Source: Spirochaetia bacterium
Lineage (GTDB): Bacteria; Spirochaetota; Spirochaetia; DSM-16054; Sediminispirochaetaceae
Length of the DNA stretch: 64,000 bases
Assembly (NCBI GenBank): GCA_034520965.1
Contig: JAXHMY010000003.1
Span: 649,233 to 713,232 of the forward strand
Direction of reading: 5' to 3'
The notes under the pieces are model-generated. The model searched no databases. It worked only from the letters and a program-made list of their open reading frames with translations, and had not been told where the DNA came from. How positions within the stretch are numbered: position 1 is the first letter of the stretch; the number at the start of each line of letters is the position of its first letter. The position numbers and the translations under genes were made by a program. Positions 9,659 through 19,413 of this stretch are shown here, piece after piece.

Positions 9659-10033
9659 ATGAATAATGAGTACAATCGGAAAGAGCTCACGGAAGATTTC
9701 TTTGATGATTTGGATGCAATATTCATCGAATTTCTTGCCTGTGATAATACCAACTACGTATATGAAATGCTGCTACCCGATATAGCTGAGGGGGTTAAAA
9801 ACCCGGAGAAGGAATACGGTAAAGAGTGGAAACGAGACAATGAACTGCACATTGGCGAGATGGAATACAGAGAACGGGAATTAAAAAAACTGAGGAAGGA
9901 CAAAGATCTGGAAAAGTTTTTGGACGCCCTTTCGCATATACGCAATTCGATGTCCTCGTTGATAGATTTAGAAGAAATGGAGTATGAACTAAAAACCGAC
10001 TTAGCAAAACGCCTGTTTTACGCGGATGAATAA
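9659..10033 (+). CDS. Hypothetical acidic helical protein
   Basis: 124 aa ORF with promoter and RBS; no recognised family. Confidence 0.7.
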   Translation: MNNEYNRKELTEDFFDDLDAIFIEFLACDNTNYVYEMLLPDIAEGVKNPEKEYGKEWKRDNELHIGEMEYRERELKKLRKDKDLEKFLDALSHIRNSMSSLIDLEEMEYELKTDLAKRLFYADE

Positions 10034-10099
10034 AATTTGACGTTTCCCCCATCTTTTACTATGCTTTAAACATAAGTAAAATAATCATGGAGGAAGAAG

Positions 10100-10531
10100 A
10101 TGAGAAAAATTGGATTTTTACTAGTTGCACTATTTGTAGTTGCAAGTGTTGCCGGTGCTGAAGGCATGTGGCGCGACGGCACCTATGAAGCCCAGGGAGG
10201 CGAGTTTAGTCACGGCTGGAAAAACTCAGTAAGTATAGTGGTAGAAAACGGGTATATTGTTAATGCCCATTTCGATGCTATTCCTGAAGAAGGCGATAAA
10301 ATGAAGTATCTGGCCTCTGTCCAGGGCGACTACGGCATGGTAGCAAACTCCGATGCCCAGTCTGCATGGTATGTACAAGCCGACAAGGCCGCTGCAAAAC
10401 TACTTGAAATGCAGGATCCCGGTAAAATTCTAAAATCCGGGGGCGGAGTCGACGCTATCTCGGGGGTAAGTGTAACCATTGCACCCCACTTTGAGCTCGC
10501 CCAAAAGGCGCTTAGCGGTAAACGCCGCTAA
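10100..10531 (+). CDS. Exported FMN-binding domain protein
   Basis: Signal peptide; WRDGTYEA...GWK...; C-terminal flavinylation-type VDAISGVSVT. Confidence 0.75.
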   Translation: MRKIGFLLVALFVVASVAGAEGMWRDGTYEAQGGEFSHGWKNSVSIVVENGYIVNAHFDAIPEEGDKMKYLASVQGDYGMVANSDAQSAWYVQADKAAAKLLEMQDPGKILKSGGGVDAISGVSVTIAPHFELAQKALSGKRR

Positions 10532-10576
10532 CAAGGCATACGCGCTCACAACACTAAAAGAGCGCTTAAAAAGTAA

Positions 10577-10614
10577 AAAGCCGTCCGAGGCATCCCCTCC
10601 GGGCGGCTTTCTTT
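10577..10614 (+). terminator. Rho-independent terminator
   Basis: aaagccgtccgagg...cctccgggcggcttt hairpin followed by a T-rich tail. Confidence 0.75.
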
Positions 10615-10691
10615 ATTTACAATCACCTTCTTTTACCAACCACCTTCTGTGAGTTCTTGAACATTAAGGATTTATCTTCTAAAATCAGCCG

Positions 10692-12317
10692 ATGTTGACC
10701 TCCGCCAAACATAAGTTCATCTTCATTCATGTACTCACAATGTTAGTACCGCTGTGTGTTATGGGACTGCTCATTACCATATTTGCGTGGGAAGAAATCG
10801 AACAGAGATTTCACCAAGAGCAGATATCCATCCTGAATTCAATAAAAAACCAAGTAGTCGACAGGCACGCCGGAGCAATGGAAAATACACTTTTAGTCCT
10901 CTCTGAAGATGATGAGTTGTGGAGAATCCACGATGATCCGGAGGTGCAGGATCGGATTCTTAAAAACTGGAAACTGCTGCAGCAAATATTTCCTAAGCGG
11001 GCCTGGATTTATTATGGCGATACCCACAACCGCATTATTGTCTCGCCTCCCTGGGAACCACCGGAGGACTACGACCTCAGAGAGCGCCCGTGGTACACCG
11101 CTGCTAAAGAGAGTGGCCAGTTAACCTGGGTACAACCCTATGCCGAATTTATCACTGAAGAAACAGTCTTTACCGCCGCCGTCCCCATCCATAATAAAAA
11201 CGGTGATTTCACCGGAGTGCTGGCAATAGACACCTTTCTCCAGGATTTCTTCCAGGGTATGCGCACCGAGGCACTGAAAGAGACTTCTCAACTCCTCATA
11301 GTTACCCGCAACAACGAGTCTATTTCCCTCACCCCTGAACAAGAGGATGTGAATACTGCAGACAACCCCTTCGAATGGAGTAAATTCTTTCGGAATACCG
11401 ACAGCAGCGGCTACATCAGCTTGAGCGGTACAACCTATTATGCGGCCTTCAAAGAACTCACCCCGCTTCAGTTTTATCTGGTAAGCCTTACCCCCCGCAG
11501 TGCCATTATGACCGATATGGAAACCCTTGGTTACATCATTATTATAGTTACCCTGCTCGGAATCCTCGTAACTGGCGCCGGCAGCATATATATCGCCCGA
11601 TACGTGCTGTCCAACATAAAAAGCCTTAACTCCTATATGCATGACATCACCCGGGGAGACCTTACCATACGCACCTGTGTCTCCGGGCAGGATGAGTTTC
11701 TTACCCTGAACGCTTACATGAACAGCATGGTCCGAACACTATCCCGACAAATAGAAAGTCAGAAGCGTACCAACCAGGAACTGGCCGAGAAAAACAAAAA
11801 ACTCGACAGACTTGCCAATATGGACGGACTAACCCGCATCGCAAACCAGCGTTATTTTACCGAAACCATGCAGCATGAGTGGGAGCGGTTGGGCCGGGAA
11901 AAGCAGCCCCTCTCCCTTCTATTTTTGGATATCGATTTCTTTAAACCCTACAACGACCATTATGGACATCAAGCCGGCGACGAATGCCTGCGCATAATGG
12001 GAGGCATCCTGGAAAACGTCACCCGCCGTCCGGCGGATATCGCGGCTCGCTATGGAGGCGAGGAGTTTGTCATTTTGCTTCCCAACACCCCTCTCGAAGG
12101 AGCCCAGCAAATAGCCCTTGAAATACAAAATAACCTAGCCCAAGAAGAAATCCCCCATGAAAAATCGGAAATATCCCCCTACCTCACCTGCAGCATAGGT
12201 GTCGCAACCACAGTACCGAGCAATGACTCCTCGGCAGACAGTCTTGTAGAGGAAGCGGATAAGGCAATGTACGAAGCCAAAAAAGAAGGCCGCAACCGCA
12301 TTGTTGTAAGTTCTTAA
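10692..12317 (+). CDS. Membrane sensor diguanylate cyclase (dCache-HAMP-GGDEF)
   Basis: Two TM segments, YDLRERPWY Cache motif, HAMP, DIDFFKPYNDHYGH...RPAD...ARYGGEEF. Confidence 0.9.
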   Translation: MLTSAKHKFIFIHVLTMLVPLCVMGLLITIFAWEEIEQRFHQEQISILNSIKNQVVDRHAGAMENTLLVLSEDDELWRIHDDPEVQDRILKNWKLLQQIFPKRAWIYYGDTHNRIIVSPPWEPPEDYDLRERPWYTAAKESGQLTWVQPYAEFITEETVFTAAVPIHNKNGDFTGVLAIDTFLQDFFQGMRTEALKETSQLLIVTRNNESISLTPEQEDVNTADNPFEWSKFFRNTDSSGYISLSGTTYYAAFKELTPLQFYLVSLTPRSAIMTDMETLGYIIIIVTLLGILVTGAGSIYIARYVLSNIKSLNSYMHDITRGDLTIRTCVSGQDEFLTLNAYMNSMVRTLSRQIESQKRTNQELAEKNKKLDRLANMDGLTRIANQRYFTETMQHEWERLGREKQPLSLLFLDIDFFKPYNDHYGHQAGDECLRIMGGILENVTRRPADIAARYGGEEFVILLPNTPLEGAQQIALEIQNNLAQEEIPHEKSEISPYLTCSIGVATTVPSNDSSADSLVEEADKAMYEAKKEGRNRIVVSS

Positions 12318-13519
12318 AGGCTGTGAGGCACAGCTTCTACCGGTTTCCCGCCAAAAAATACCTGTTCAACACCTTTTTCGATTCCCTGTAAATTTTCCAG
12401 CAGTGCCGCATCTATCACAATTAAATCGGCTACCTTGCCTACCTCTATGCTGCCAATCTCATCCTGCAGTCCGATCGCTTTCGCCGATGCCAGGCTTGCA
12501 CAGTGAATTGCCTCCATGGGCGTATAGATTCCCTGTTCCACAAACAGAGATAGCTGCATGGCATTGAGGCCGTGATAATTATAATTGGTGCCCGCATCGG
12601 TACCGTAACATACATTTACTCCCGCCTTTATTGCCGCACGATGGGCCTTGTTCGCACTGGACTCCTGATGGTCATGTTCTGAAAGCATGTGCGCGGGAAT
12701 ACCTTCCTGATGAGCTGCCATATGATACCCCACTACCGGAGTCGGGACCAGATAGGTACCCCTTTTCAGCATCAATTCAATTCCCTCTTCATCTAAAAAA
12801 GTCCCATGTTCAATGGTCCGCACACCCGCTTCCACAGCATTTTTTATACCTAACGCACCATGGGCATGGGCAGCTACATGAGTACCAAGCTTGTCCGCTT
12901 CCTCGACAACCGCACGCATCTCCTCCACATTCAGCTGCGGGGCTCCGGGCACTCCCCCCGGATTCATAACTGCACCGGTGGCCATCAATTTTAAAAAATC
13001 AGCCCCCGCTTTTAGCTGTTCCCGGGCTGCTTTCCGTACCTCATCCACCCCGTCAACTTCATGGTACAGACCTAAAAAGTAGTCGTTCCCCTCGGCGGTC
13101 ATACTGATAATCTGGCCGCTGGTTAAAATTCTCGGGCCTTGTATGAATCCCTCTTCAATCGCCTTTTTTACAGCAAAATCGATTCCATTCACACTTCCCA
13201 CATTCCGAACGGTGGTAAAACCGCTTCTAAGGGTGTGCTCCATCTCTTGTGCCGTTCGCACGGAACGCAGCTTATCCTCCACTAGGTTCTCATCATAGGT
13301 ATTGGCATACCCGTGAAGGTCCATATGAATATGGGTGTCGATAAGCCCCGGAAGAACCGCCTTTCCCTTTGTTTTAATTATTACGGTATCTGCGGGAACC
13401 TGAAGCTCTCCCGTCGCCGCAATTCCTTTAATCCCGTCTTCGTCAAACAGGATATCCATTCCGGAAACCGGAGGCGCTCCGGTTCCATCCACTAGTGTTG
13501 TATTCTCAAATAAAAACAT
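12314..13519 (-). CDS. Metal-dependent amidohydrolase (Xaa-Pro dipeptidase-like)
   Basis: PGLIDTHIH, KLMATG, AAHAHG, TIEHG, YGTDAG. Confidence 0.9.
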   Translation of the reverse strand: MFLFENTTLVDGTGAPPVSGMDILFDEDGIKGIAATGELQVPADTVIIKTKGKAVLPGLIDTHIHMDLHGYANTYDENLVEDKLRSVRTAQEMEHTLRSGFTTVRNVGSVNGIDFAVKKAIEEGFIQGPRILTSGQIISMTAEGNDYFLGLYHEVDGVDEVRKAAREQLKAGADFLKLMATGAVMNPGGVPGAPQLNVEEMRAVVEEADKLGTHVAAHAHGALGIKNAVEAGVRTIEHGTFLDEEGIELMLKRGTYLVPTPVVGYHMAAHQEGIPAHMLSEHDHQESSANKAHRAAIKAGVNVCYGTDAGTNYNYHGLNAMQLSLFVEQGIYTPMEAIHCASLASAKAIGLQDEIGSIEVGKVADLIVIDAALLENLQGIEKGVEQVFFGGKPVEAVPHSL

Positions 13520-13534
13520 CTCAGTTCCTTTATA

Positions 13535-13567
13535 AATAGAACAGGCGGAGCTTGTCACTCCGCCCGT
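13535..13567 (-). terminator. Hairpin between the SBP gene and the amidohydrolase (terminator or mRNA stabiliser)
   Basis: ggcggag-cttgtca-ctccgcc stem with a T-rich tail on the minus strand. Confidence 0.5.
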
Positions 13568-13590
13568 GTGAGTACTCTCTTACATTTTAC

Positions 13591-15159
13591 CTAATCGAAA
13601 TCTACCTCATGGGCGCGGACGGTTCCGATCACATCCAGTTCAAATCCGGTTACACCTGCTGCAGATGCGGCGGTGTAATCATTGTGAGCTATCGGCAGTG
13701 CAGGAACCTGTTCGTGCTCAATCGCCTGCATTTCAAGATAGGCCTGTTCCTGCTCGACGCGATCGTAAGTCGAAATCGCCTTTTGCACAAGATCAACCAT
13801 TTCCTGGGGTTTCCAGTTGGTATTGGCACCTTCCATCAGCATGGTTTTCATAAAGTTGCTCGGATAGGGCACATCGTACCATCCCGAAAAGGCCATCTGG
13901 TGCTTATAGTTGTTCATCAAATCAGAATGGGTTCCCCATTCATTACTTTCAATGTTTACATTTATACCAACCTTCGCCAAATCGTCTTTTATAACCTCCG
14001 CCGAATCCACCGGATTAGCTACATAAGGCCGGGCGTGGATAAAGGTATTCAAGGTAATATCCAGGCCGTCGGCATACCCGGCTTCTTTCAGAAGCTCCCG
14101 AGCTTTCTGCGGATCGTAGGGGTAATGCTCGATGTTGTCGGCATGTCCGAATACTGTCGGCGGGAGGCTTGTACTGGCAACGGTTCCCAGTCCTTCGTAT
14201 ACTCCTTTTACCAGCTTTTCAAGATCAATACCGTAGGCAATCGCCTGTCGTACCCGTACATCATCAACCGGCGGCATGGTATTGTTAAACACCATGTGGA
14301 AAATATTTGCTCCGGGAACCTGGTGAAGTACCATTTTGTCATTGCCCTTCACACTCTCAATCTGGTTTGGAGCAAGCCCCTTGATGGCATGAACCTGGCC
14401 GGACTGCAGTTCTAAGAAACGGGTGGAAATATCGGGAACGACCTTCCAAATAACCTTGTCAACTGTCGGTTTTTCGCCCCAGTAGTTTTCGTTTCTTTTT
14501 AGAACAATGTATTCATCTTTCTTCCATTCTACAAACTCAAAAGGTCCGGTTCCGACGGGGTTCCGATAGAACTCTTCCCCCTTCTCTTTCACCGCTGCCA
14601 TACTTACAGGGAACTGCGAATAGTAGCCCATGTAGGTCAGGAAGGGGGCAAACTTATTCTTCAGTTGAAACTCCACAGTATACGTGTCGACAACCTTTAT
14701 ATCCTCAATAACCTCCGACAGCAGATAGTCGAAATACGAATAATCGCCCAATCCGTAAAACTCATGGTCCTGATCGATCAGCCTCATAAAACTAAACCGA
14801 ACTACCTCGGCATTAAAATCAGTTCCATCGTGAAACTTTACCCCTTCGCGAAGGTTAAAAGTCCAGACAAGCCCATCATCCGAACGATTCCAGGAAGTAG
14901 CCAAAGCCGGTTCCACCTCTAACTGATCATTTTTGAAACGAACCAGTCCATCGTACAAATGAAACATAAGGTCTATCTCACCCTCCGACCAGGCGTAGCC
15001 TGCATCCAGAGTCTGGGCATCGGTACTACGTGCGACAATGAAAGTTTTCTCACTATCCTCCGCTTTTTCACTCTGTCCACCGGCAAAGACTGCTCCTATT
15101 GATAGGCTCAGCATTACTGTCGTCAGCACACATGCTCTAAGAAATTTTTTGTTCTGCAT
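13591..15159 (-). CDS. Peptide ABC transporter substrate-binding protein (DppA/OppA family 5)
   Basis: LYDGLV...PALATSW...FNLREGVKFHDGTDFNAE, PVGTGPF; AVFAGGQSE leader. Confidence 0.9.
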   Translation of the reverse strand: MQNKKFLRACVLTTVMLSLSIGAVFAGGQSEKAEDSEKTFIVARSTDAQTLDAGYAWSEGEIDLMFHLYDGLVRFKNDQLEVEPALATSWNRSDDGLVWTFNLREGVKFHDGTDFNAEVVRFSFMRLIDQDHEFYGLGDYSYFDYLLSEVIEDIKVVDTYTVEFQLKNKFAPFLTYMGYYSQFPVSMAAVKEKGEEFYRNPVGTGPFEFVEWKKDEYIVLKRNENYWGEKPTVDKVIWKVVPDISTRFLELQSGQVHAIKGLAPNQIESVKGNDKMVLHQVPGANIFHMVFNNTMPPVDDVRVRQAIAYGIDLEKLVKGVYEGLGTVASTSLPPTVFGHADNIEHYPYDPQKARELLKEAGYADGLDITLNTFIHARPYVANPVDSAEVIKDDLAKVGINVNIESNEWGTHSDLMNNYKHQMAFSGWYDVPYPSNFMKTMLMEGANTNWKPQEMVDLVQKAISTYDRVEQEQAYLEMQAIEHEQVPALPIAHNDYTAASAAGVTGFELDVIGTVRAHEVDFD

Positions 15160-15181
15160 ACTTTGTTCTCCTTTAAAGTAT

Positions 15182-16150
15182 TTATTCATATAGATAACAG
15201 GCCACCTCGTGACCGGATTCAATCTTTACCATTTGCGGAATATCCTGTTTGCACTTTTCCATTACGTGGGGACAACGGGTGTGAAAGCGACATCCCGAGG
15301 GCGGATTTATTGGACTGGGAACCTCACCTTCAAGTGCACTCAGCTCCAGTCGTCGATCGGGATCGGGAAAAGGAATCGCCTTCAAGAGCATCTGGGTATA
15401 CGGATGCGATGTTCGGGCAAACAGTTGATCAGTAGGAGCAATCTCGACGATTTTACCAAGATACATTACCGCTATTCGGTCACATAGATGCTTTACCACA
15501 CTTAGGTCGTGGCTGATAAACAGATAGGTTAAACCAAACTCTTCCTGTAACTCTTTAAGAAGGTTGAGCACCTGGGCCTGAATGGAAACGTCCAGGGCGG
15601 AAACCGGCTCATCAGCTACCACAAACCCCGGGTTCAAGGCCAAGGAACGGGCTATCCCGATTCTCTGCCGCTGCCCTCCGCTAAACTCGTGGGGGTAGCG
15701 GTCGTAGTATTCTTTGCGCAGCCCGACTCTGTCCATCAAAGCCACAACCTTTTCGCGACGCTCTTTCGCAGTTCCTATGTGATGCACATTGTAGGCCTCG
15801 GCTATTATAGAACCGACCTTCCAGGTCGGATTAAGGCTGGAATAGGGGTCCTGATAAATAACTTGGGCTTGTTTACGAAACTGAACCAGCTCCTTCTTTT
15901 TCATTGAGAAAATATCATCGCCCCGAAAAAATACATTTCCCCGGGTAGCCGGCTCCAGATTAAGAACAAGCTTACGGGTGGTGGATTTTCCACATCCCGA
16001 TTCTCCTACCAAGCCCAGGGTCTCCCCTTCATCGACGGAAAAGGAAATTCCATCAACCGCCTTTACCTGATCGTATTTCGTAAGTGTGTTCTGACGCCGA
16101 ATTGGATAATGTTTATAGAGGTCTTCTACCTTCAGCAAGGGCTCACTCAT
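15182..16150 (-). CDS. Peptide ABC transporter ATPase (DppF/OppF)
   Basis: GESGCGKS, YPHEFSGGQRQR, DEPVSALD, PPSGCRFHTRCP. Confidence 0.95.
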   Translation of the reverse strand: MSEPLLKVEDLYKHYPIRRQNTLTKYDQVKAVDGISFSVDEGETLGLVGESGCGKSTTRKLVLNLEPATRGNVFFRGDDIFSMKKKELVQFRKQAQVIYQDPYSSLNPTWKVGSIIAEAYNVHHIGTAKERREKVVALMDRVGLRKEYYDRYPHEFSGGQRQRIGIARSLALNPGFVVADEPVSALDVSIQAQVLNLLKELQEEFGLTYLFISHDLSVVKHLCDRIAVMYLGKIVEIAPTDQLFARTSHPYTQMLLKAIPFPDPDRRLELSALEGEVPSPINPPSGCRFHTRCPHVMEKCKQDIPQMVKIESGHEVACYLYE

Positions 16151-17123
16151 CCGTCACCACTCCTTCATTTTCAAAGTTCCAGCAGCGAATCATTGATTCG
16201 CCTACCTGATACGCCGGCGGCTCCTTTATACGGCAGATTTCACGACACTCGGGACAGCGCGGATGAAACCGGCAGGCAGCGGGCAGAGTAGTCAAATCGG
16301 GCATAGTACCCTCGATAATAGGCAGTTTGGCTTGTTTAATGTCTATATTCGGAATTGTCGCTAACAAGCCCCGCGTGTAAGGGTGTTTGGGACGCCGAAA
16401 AAGCTCATCCATTGAGGAAAACTCCACAATTTGCCCGGCATACATTACACCAACCTTATGGGCCACCTGCGCAACTACCCCCAGATCGTGGGTTATCAGC
16501 AGCACTCCGGTATCCAGACGCTCCTGTAAGTTCCTCATCAGCAGCAGTATTTGGGCCTGAATGGTTACATCCAGAGCGGTAGTAGGTTCGTCGGCAATTA
16601 AAATATCCGGGTTACATGCCAGGGCCATGGCGATCATTATTCGCTGCCGCATACCACCGCTCAGCTGGTGGGGATACTGCTTCATTATTCTGCGCGCATT
16701 CGGAATGCCAACTAAATCAAGGGAATCCACGGTCCTCTCAAGAATCTCCGCCCGGCTTCCGCCTTGATGCAGTTCGATAGTCTCGGACAACTGGTCCTGA
16801 ATAGTGAATACAGGATTCAAGGAGGTCATCGGTTCCTGAAAAATCATGGAAATTCGATCACCCCGAATTTTCTGCAATTCATGTTCAGTGAATGCAAGCA
16901 GATTCTTATCCTGATAGTTGACACTTCCGGTGACACTTGCATATTTCGGCAGCAGGCCCATTACTGCGAGGGAGGTAACACTTTTGCCGGCCCCGGATTC
17001 ACCGACCAGCCCCAGGGTTTCACCTCTTTCAAGGCTAAAATCTATACCGTCCACCGCAACTACCGCACCGTGGTCGGTGTGAAACTCTATTTTTAAGTCG
17101 TTCACTTGCAGAAGCTTACTCAT
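16143..17123 (-). CDS. Peptide ABC transporter ATPase (DppD/OppD)
   Basis: GESGAGKS, YPHQLSGGMRQR, DEPTTALD. Confidence 0.95.
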   Translation of the reverse strand: MSKLLQVNDLKIEFHTDHGAVVAVDGIDFSLERGETLGLVGESGAGKSVTSLAVMGLLPKYASVTGSVNYQDKNLLAFTEHELQKIRGDRISMIFQEPMTSLNPVFTIQDQLSETIELHQGGSRAEILERTVDSLDLVGIPNARRIMKQYPHQLSGGMRQRIMIAMALACNPDILIADEPTTALDVTIQAQILLLMRNLQERLDTGVLLITHDLGVVAQVAHKVGVMYAGQIVEFSSMDELFRRPKHPYTRGLLATIPNIDIKQAKLPIIEGTMPDLTTLPAACRFHPRCPECREICRIKEPPAYQVGESMIRCWNFENEGVVTDE

Positions 17124-17133
17124 CTTAACGCCC

Positions 17134-18000
17134 TTATCGCTTTAATTTCGAATCGAAGGCCTCGCGCAAACCATCGCCGACCAGATTGAAGGAGAGCACC
17201 GCCAGTACAATCATAATTCCCGGAAACACGGTCACCCACCACTGTCCCATCAACAAGTACTCCTTGCCGGAACTCAACATCGCTCCCCATTCCGGGGTGG
17301 AAGGTTTTATACCGATTCCCAAAAACCCGAGTGAAGCGGTATACAGAATTGCATCCGCTAATAACAGGGTTAAATACACTAAGGCGGAGGGAAATATGTT
17401 CGGCAGAATATGACGCCCCATAATCCAGACATTACCTCCGGCTAAGGCCCGCGATGCTTCAATGAAAGAGTTGGTCTTTACCTTCAAAACCGAACCCCGC
17501 ACCACCCGCGCCATCTGCGGTATATATACCAAGGAAATCGCAAACATCGCGTTCTGCAGCCCCGCACCTAAAGAGGCGGCGACGGCCAATGCCAGCAAAA
17601 GCGGTGGAAAAGACAGGAACACATCAATAACTCTCATTATAAGAATATCCACGACCCCGCCGTAATAGGCGGAAACTATACCCAGCAGGGTTCCGAAAAA
17701 TGCGGTTACCGCAATTACCATATAGCCGACCCGCAGCGAAATCGCACCGCCGTGCAGTATCCGTGAAAGCAGATCGCGCCCTAAATTATCCGTCCCCAGG
17801 GGATGCTCCCAGTTGCCGGCCCAAAAACCGGGCTGCAATTTATTCTCCAAATTGGTTGAAACCGGATCATACGGAGAGATCAGTGATGCAAAAAGAGACA
17901 GCACAACTAGCAGGAGGGCTACAAACAGAGCAACCATAGCCAAGCGGTTTTTTTTAAAAATTGTAAGCTTTTGTAAAAATTCACTTTGCATGTGGTCCAT
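17134..18000 (-). CDS. Peptide ABC transporter permease (DppC)
   Basis: HPLGTDNLGRD, FIEASRALAG, RHILPN, PEWGAML. Confidence 0.95.
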   Translation of the reverse strand: MDHMQSEFLQKLTIFKKNRLAMVALFVALLLVVLSLFASLISPYDPVSTNLENKLQPGFWAGNWEHPLGTDNLGRDLLSRILHGGAISLRVGYMVIAVTAFFGTLLGIVSAYYGGVVDILIMRVIDVFLSFPPLLLALAVAASLGAGLQNAMFAISLVYIPQMARVVRGSVLKVKTNSFIEASRALAGGNVWIMGRHILPNIFPSALVYLTLLLADAILYTASLGFLGIGIKPSTPEWGAMLSSGKEYLLMGQWWVTVFPGIMIVLAVLSFNLVGDGLREAFDSKLKR

Positions 18001-18002
18001 CC

Positions 18003-19013
18003 TTATTCAAACCTAATGCGCGGGTCGAGTTTCGCATATATCAAATCAACAATAATATTTACCAAAATAAAGGCTAACGCCAGAATAAATACAATTCCCT
18101 GTACCATCGGATAATCACGATTCGAAATCGACTGAATCAACAAACGCCCGGTTCCCGGCCAGGAAAACACCGTTTCCGTTAGTATAGCACCGGCCAGCAG
18201 CTTTCCCATTTGCAGGCCGATAACCGTAATAACCGGAATTAGCGCATTCTTCAGAGCGTGCTTGTAGATAATTTTTCGATAGGGCAGCCCCTTCGCCCGC
18301 GCCGTTCTGACGTAATCCTCGCTCAGGACATCCAGCATGCTCGATCGGGTTACCCGCACAATCTGTGAAAGAGGAATGGTGGCTAAAGACAGGGCCGGCA
18401 ACAGGAGATGTTTTAAACTGTCGAGGAAAAGACTCATATCGCCCTGCAGGAGGGTATCAACCAGGTAGAACCCGGTAACCTCCTGCACTCCCGCTCCCAT
18501 AGAAATTCGCCCGGAAACCGGAAGCCAGCCTAAAACTGCGGAAAACAGGAACATCAACATAATTCCCAGCCAAAAAATAGGAATCGAAACACCGACCAAG
18601 GAAAATGTCACCAACAGATGGTCAAACTTGGAGTTATGGTGGTAGGCCGCACTTACGCCCACAATAATTCCAAACACGGCCGCCACAATTGTAGCGGTCA
18701 AGGCCAATTCAATAGTTGCCGGCAAACGCGAGCGTATCGCTTCGGTCACCGGCAAGCGGCTCTGCACGGACATACCAAAATCCCCCTGCAGAGCGTGGAC
18801 AAACCAATTCCAATACTGCTCGTACATTGGCTTATCCAATCCCAGCCTTTCGGTAAGTGCCTGCCTGGCCGCCTCGGTGGCCTTGTCGCCCAGCATAACC
18901 TCAATCGGATCCCCAGGTATAAAGTGGACTAAAAGAAAAACAAGAATAGTCACTCCTATTACTGTAGGAATCAAAAGGAATAGTCTTTTAAGTAAATACC
19001 GCAATAAACCCAT
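18003..19013 (-). CDS. Peptide ABC transporter permease (DppB)
   Basis: PGDP, GLDKP, DYVRTARAKGL, KHALKNALIP, LDPRIR. Confidence 0.95.
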   Translation of the reverse strand: MGLLRYLLKRLFLLIPTVIGVTILVFLLVHFIPGDPIEVMLGDKATEAARQALTERLGLDKPMYEQYWNWFVHALQGDFGMSVQSRLPVTEAIRSRLPATIELALTATIVAAVFGIIVGVSAAYHHNSKFDHLLVTFSLVGVSIPIFWLGIMLMFLFSAVLGWLPVSGRISMGAGVQEVTGFYLVDTLLQGDMSLFLDSLKHLLLPALSLATIPLSQIVRVTRSSMLDVLSEDYVRTARAKGLPYRKIIYKHALKNALIPVITVIGLQMGKLLAGAILTETVFSWPGTGRLLIQSISNRDYPMVQGIVFILALAFILVNIIVDLIYAKLDPRIRFE

Positions 19014-19132
19014 TTTTGCTTACTCGTCTCCCTTCGTCCTTTTCAATTGCGTAAAATAGTATGGCCTATTCAGCTCAATTCCTCATGCACAATAAGTTCC
19101 ACCCCTCTGCTCGCAAGGGCAGACAGACATAT

Positions 19133-19184
19133 TAGAATATTTATATAGAACTGTAATATTTAGAACTGTATACTATATATAGTA
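19133..19184. promoter_or_regulatory. Candidate operator upstream of the dpp operon
   Basis: TAGAACTGTA direct repeat at 19146 and 19161, followed by the perfect 14 bp palindrome TACTATATATAGTA (19171-19184). Confidence 0.45.
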
Positions 19185-19279
19185 GACGGTCCTTCAATAA
19201 AAGTCAATTAAAATGAAGAATTATATAACTTACAGCTTAAAAACCCTGTTCTAAACTTATTAAAAGGAGCTCCGCTATT

Positions 19280-19388
19280 ATGCTTATCCCGTAGAACCAC
19301 GAGGCCGCCCGGGCGGGCGCAGCTGCGACCGCCCCTGCCGCCGGGCCTGCGCCGGTAGCCGCCCCCAATAAGCTTTGGGTCGGCGTGG
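19280..19388 (+). repeat. Stand-alone GTAG-hairpin (REP-like) element related to the cassette leaders
   Basis: atgcttatcccGTAG...gaggccgcccgg...ccgGTAGccgcccccaa-taagct-ttgggtcggcgtgg, sharing ttgggtcggcg with the leaders at 61.4 and 63.3 kb. Confidence 0.6.
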
Positions 19389-19413
19389 TTCGACCAAACG
19401 ATGCTACACAAGA

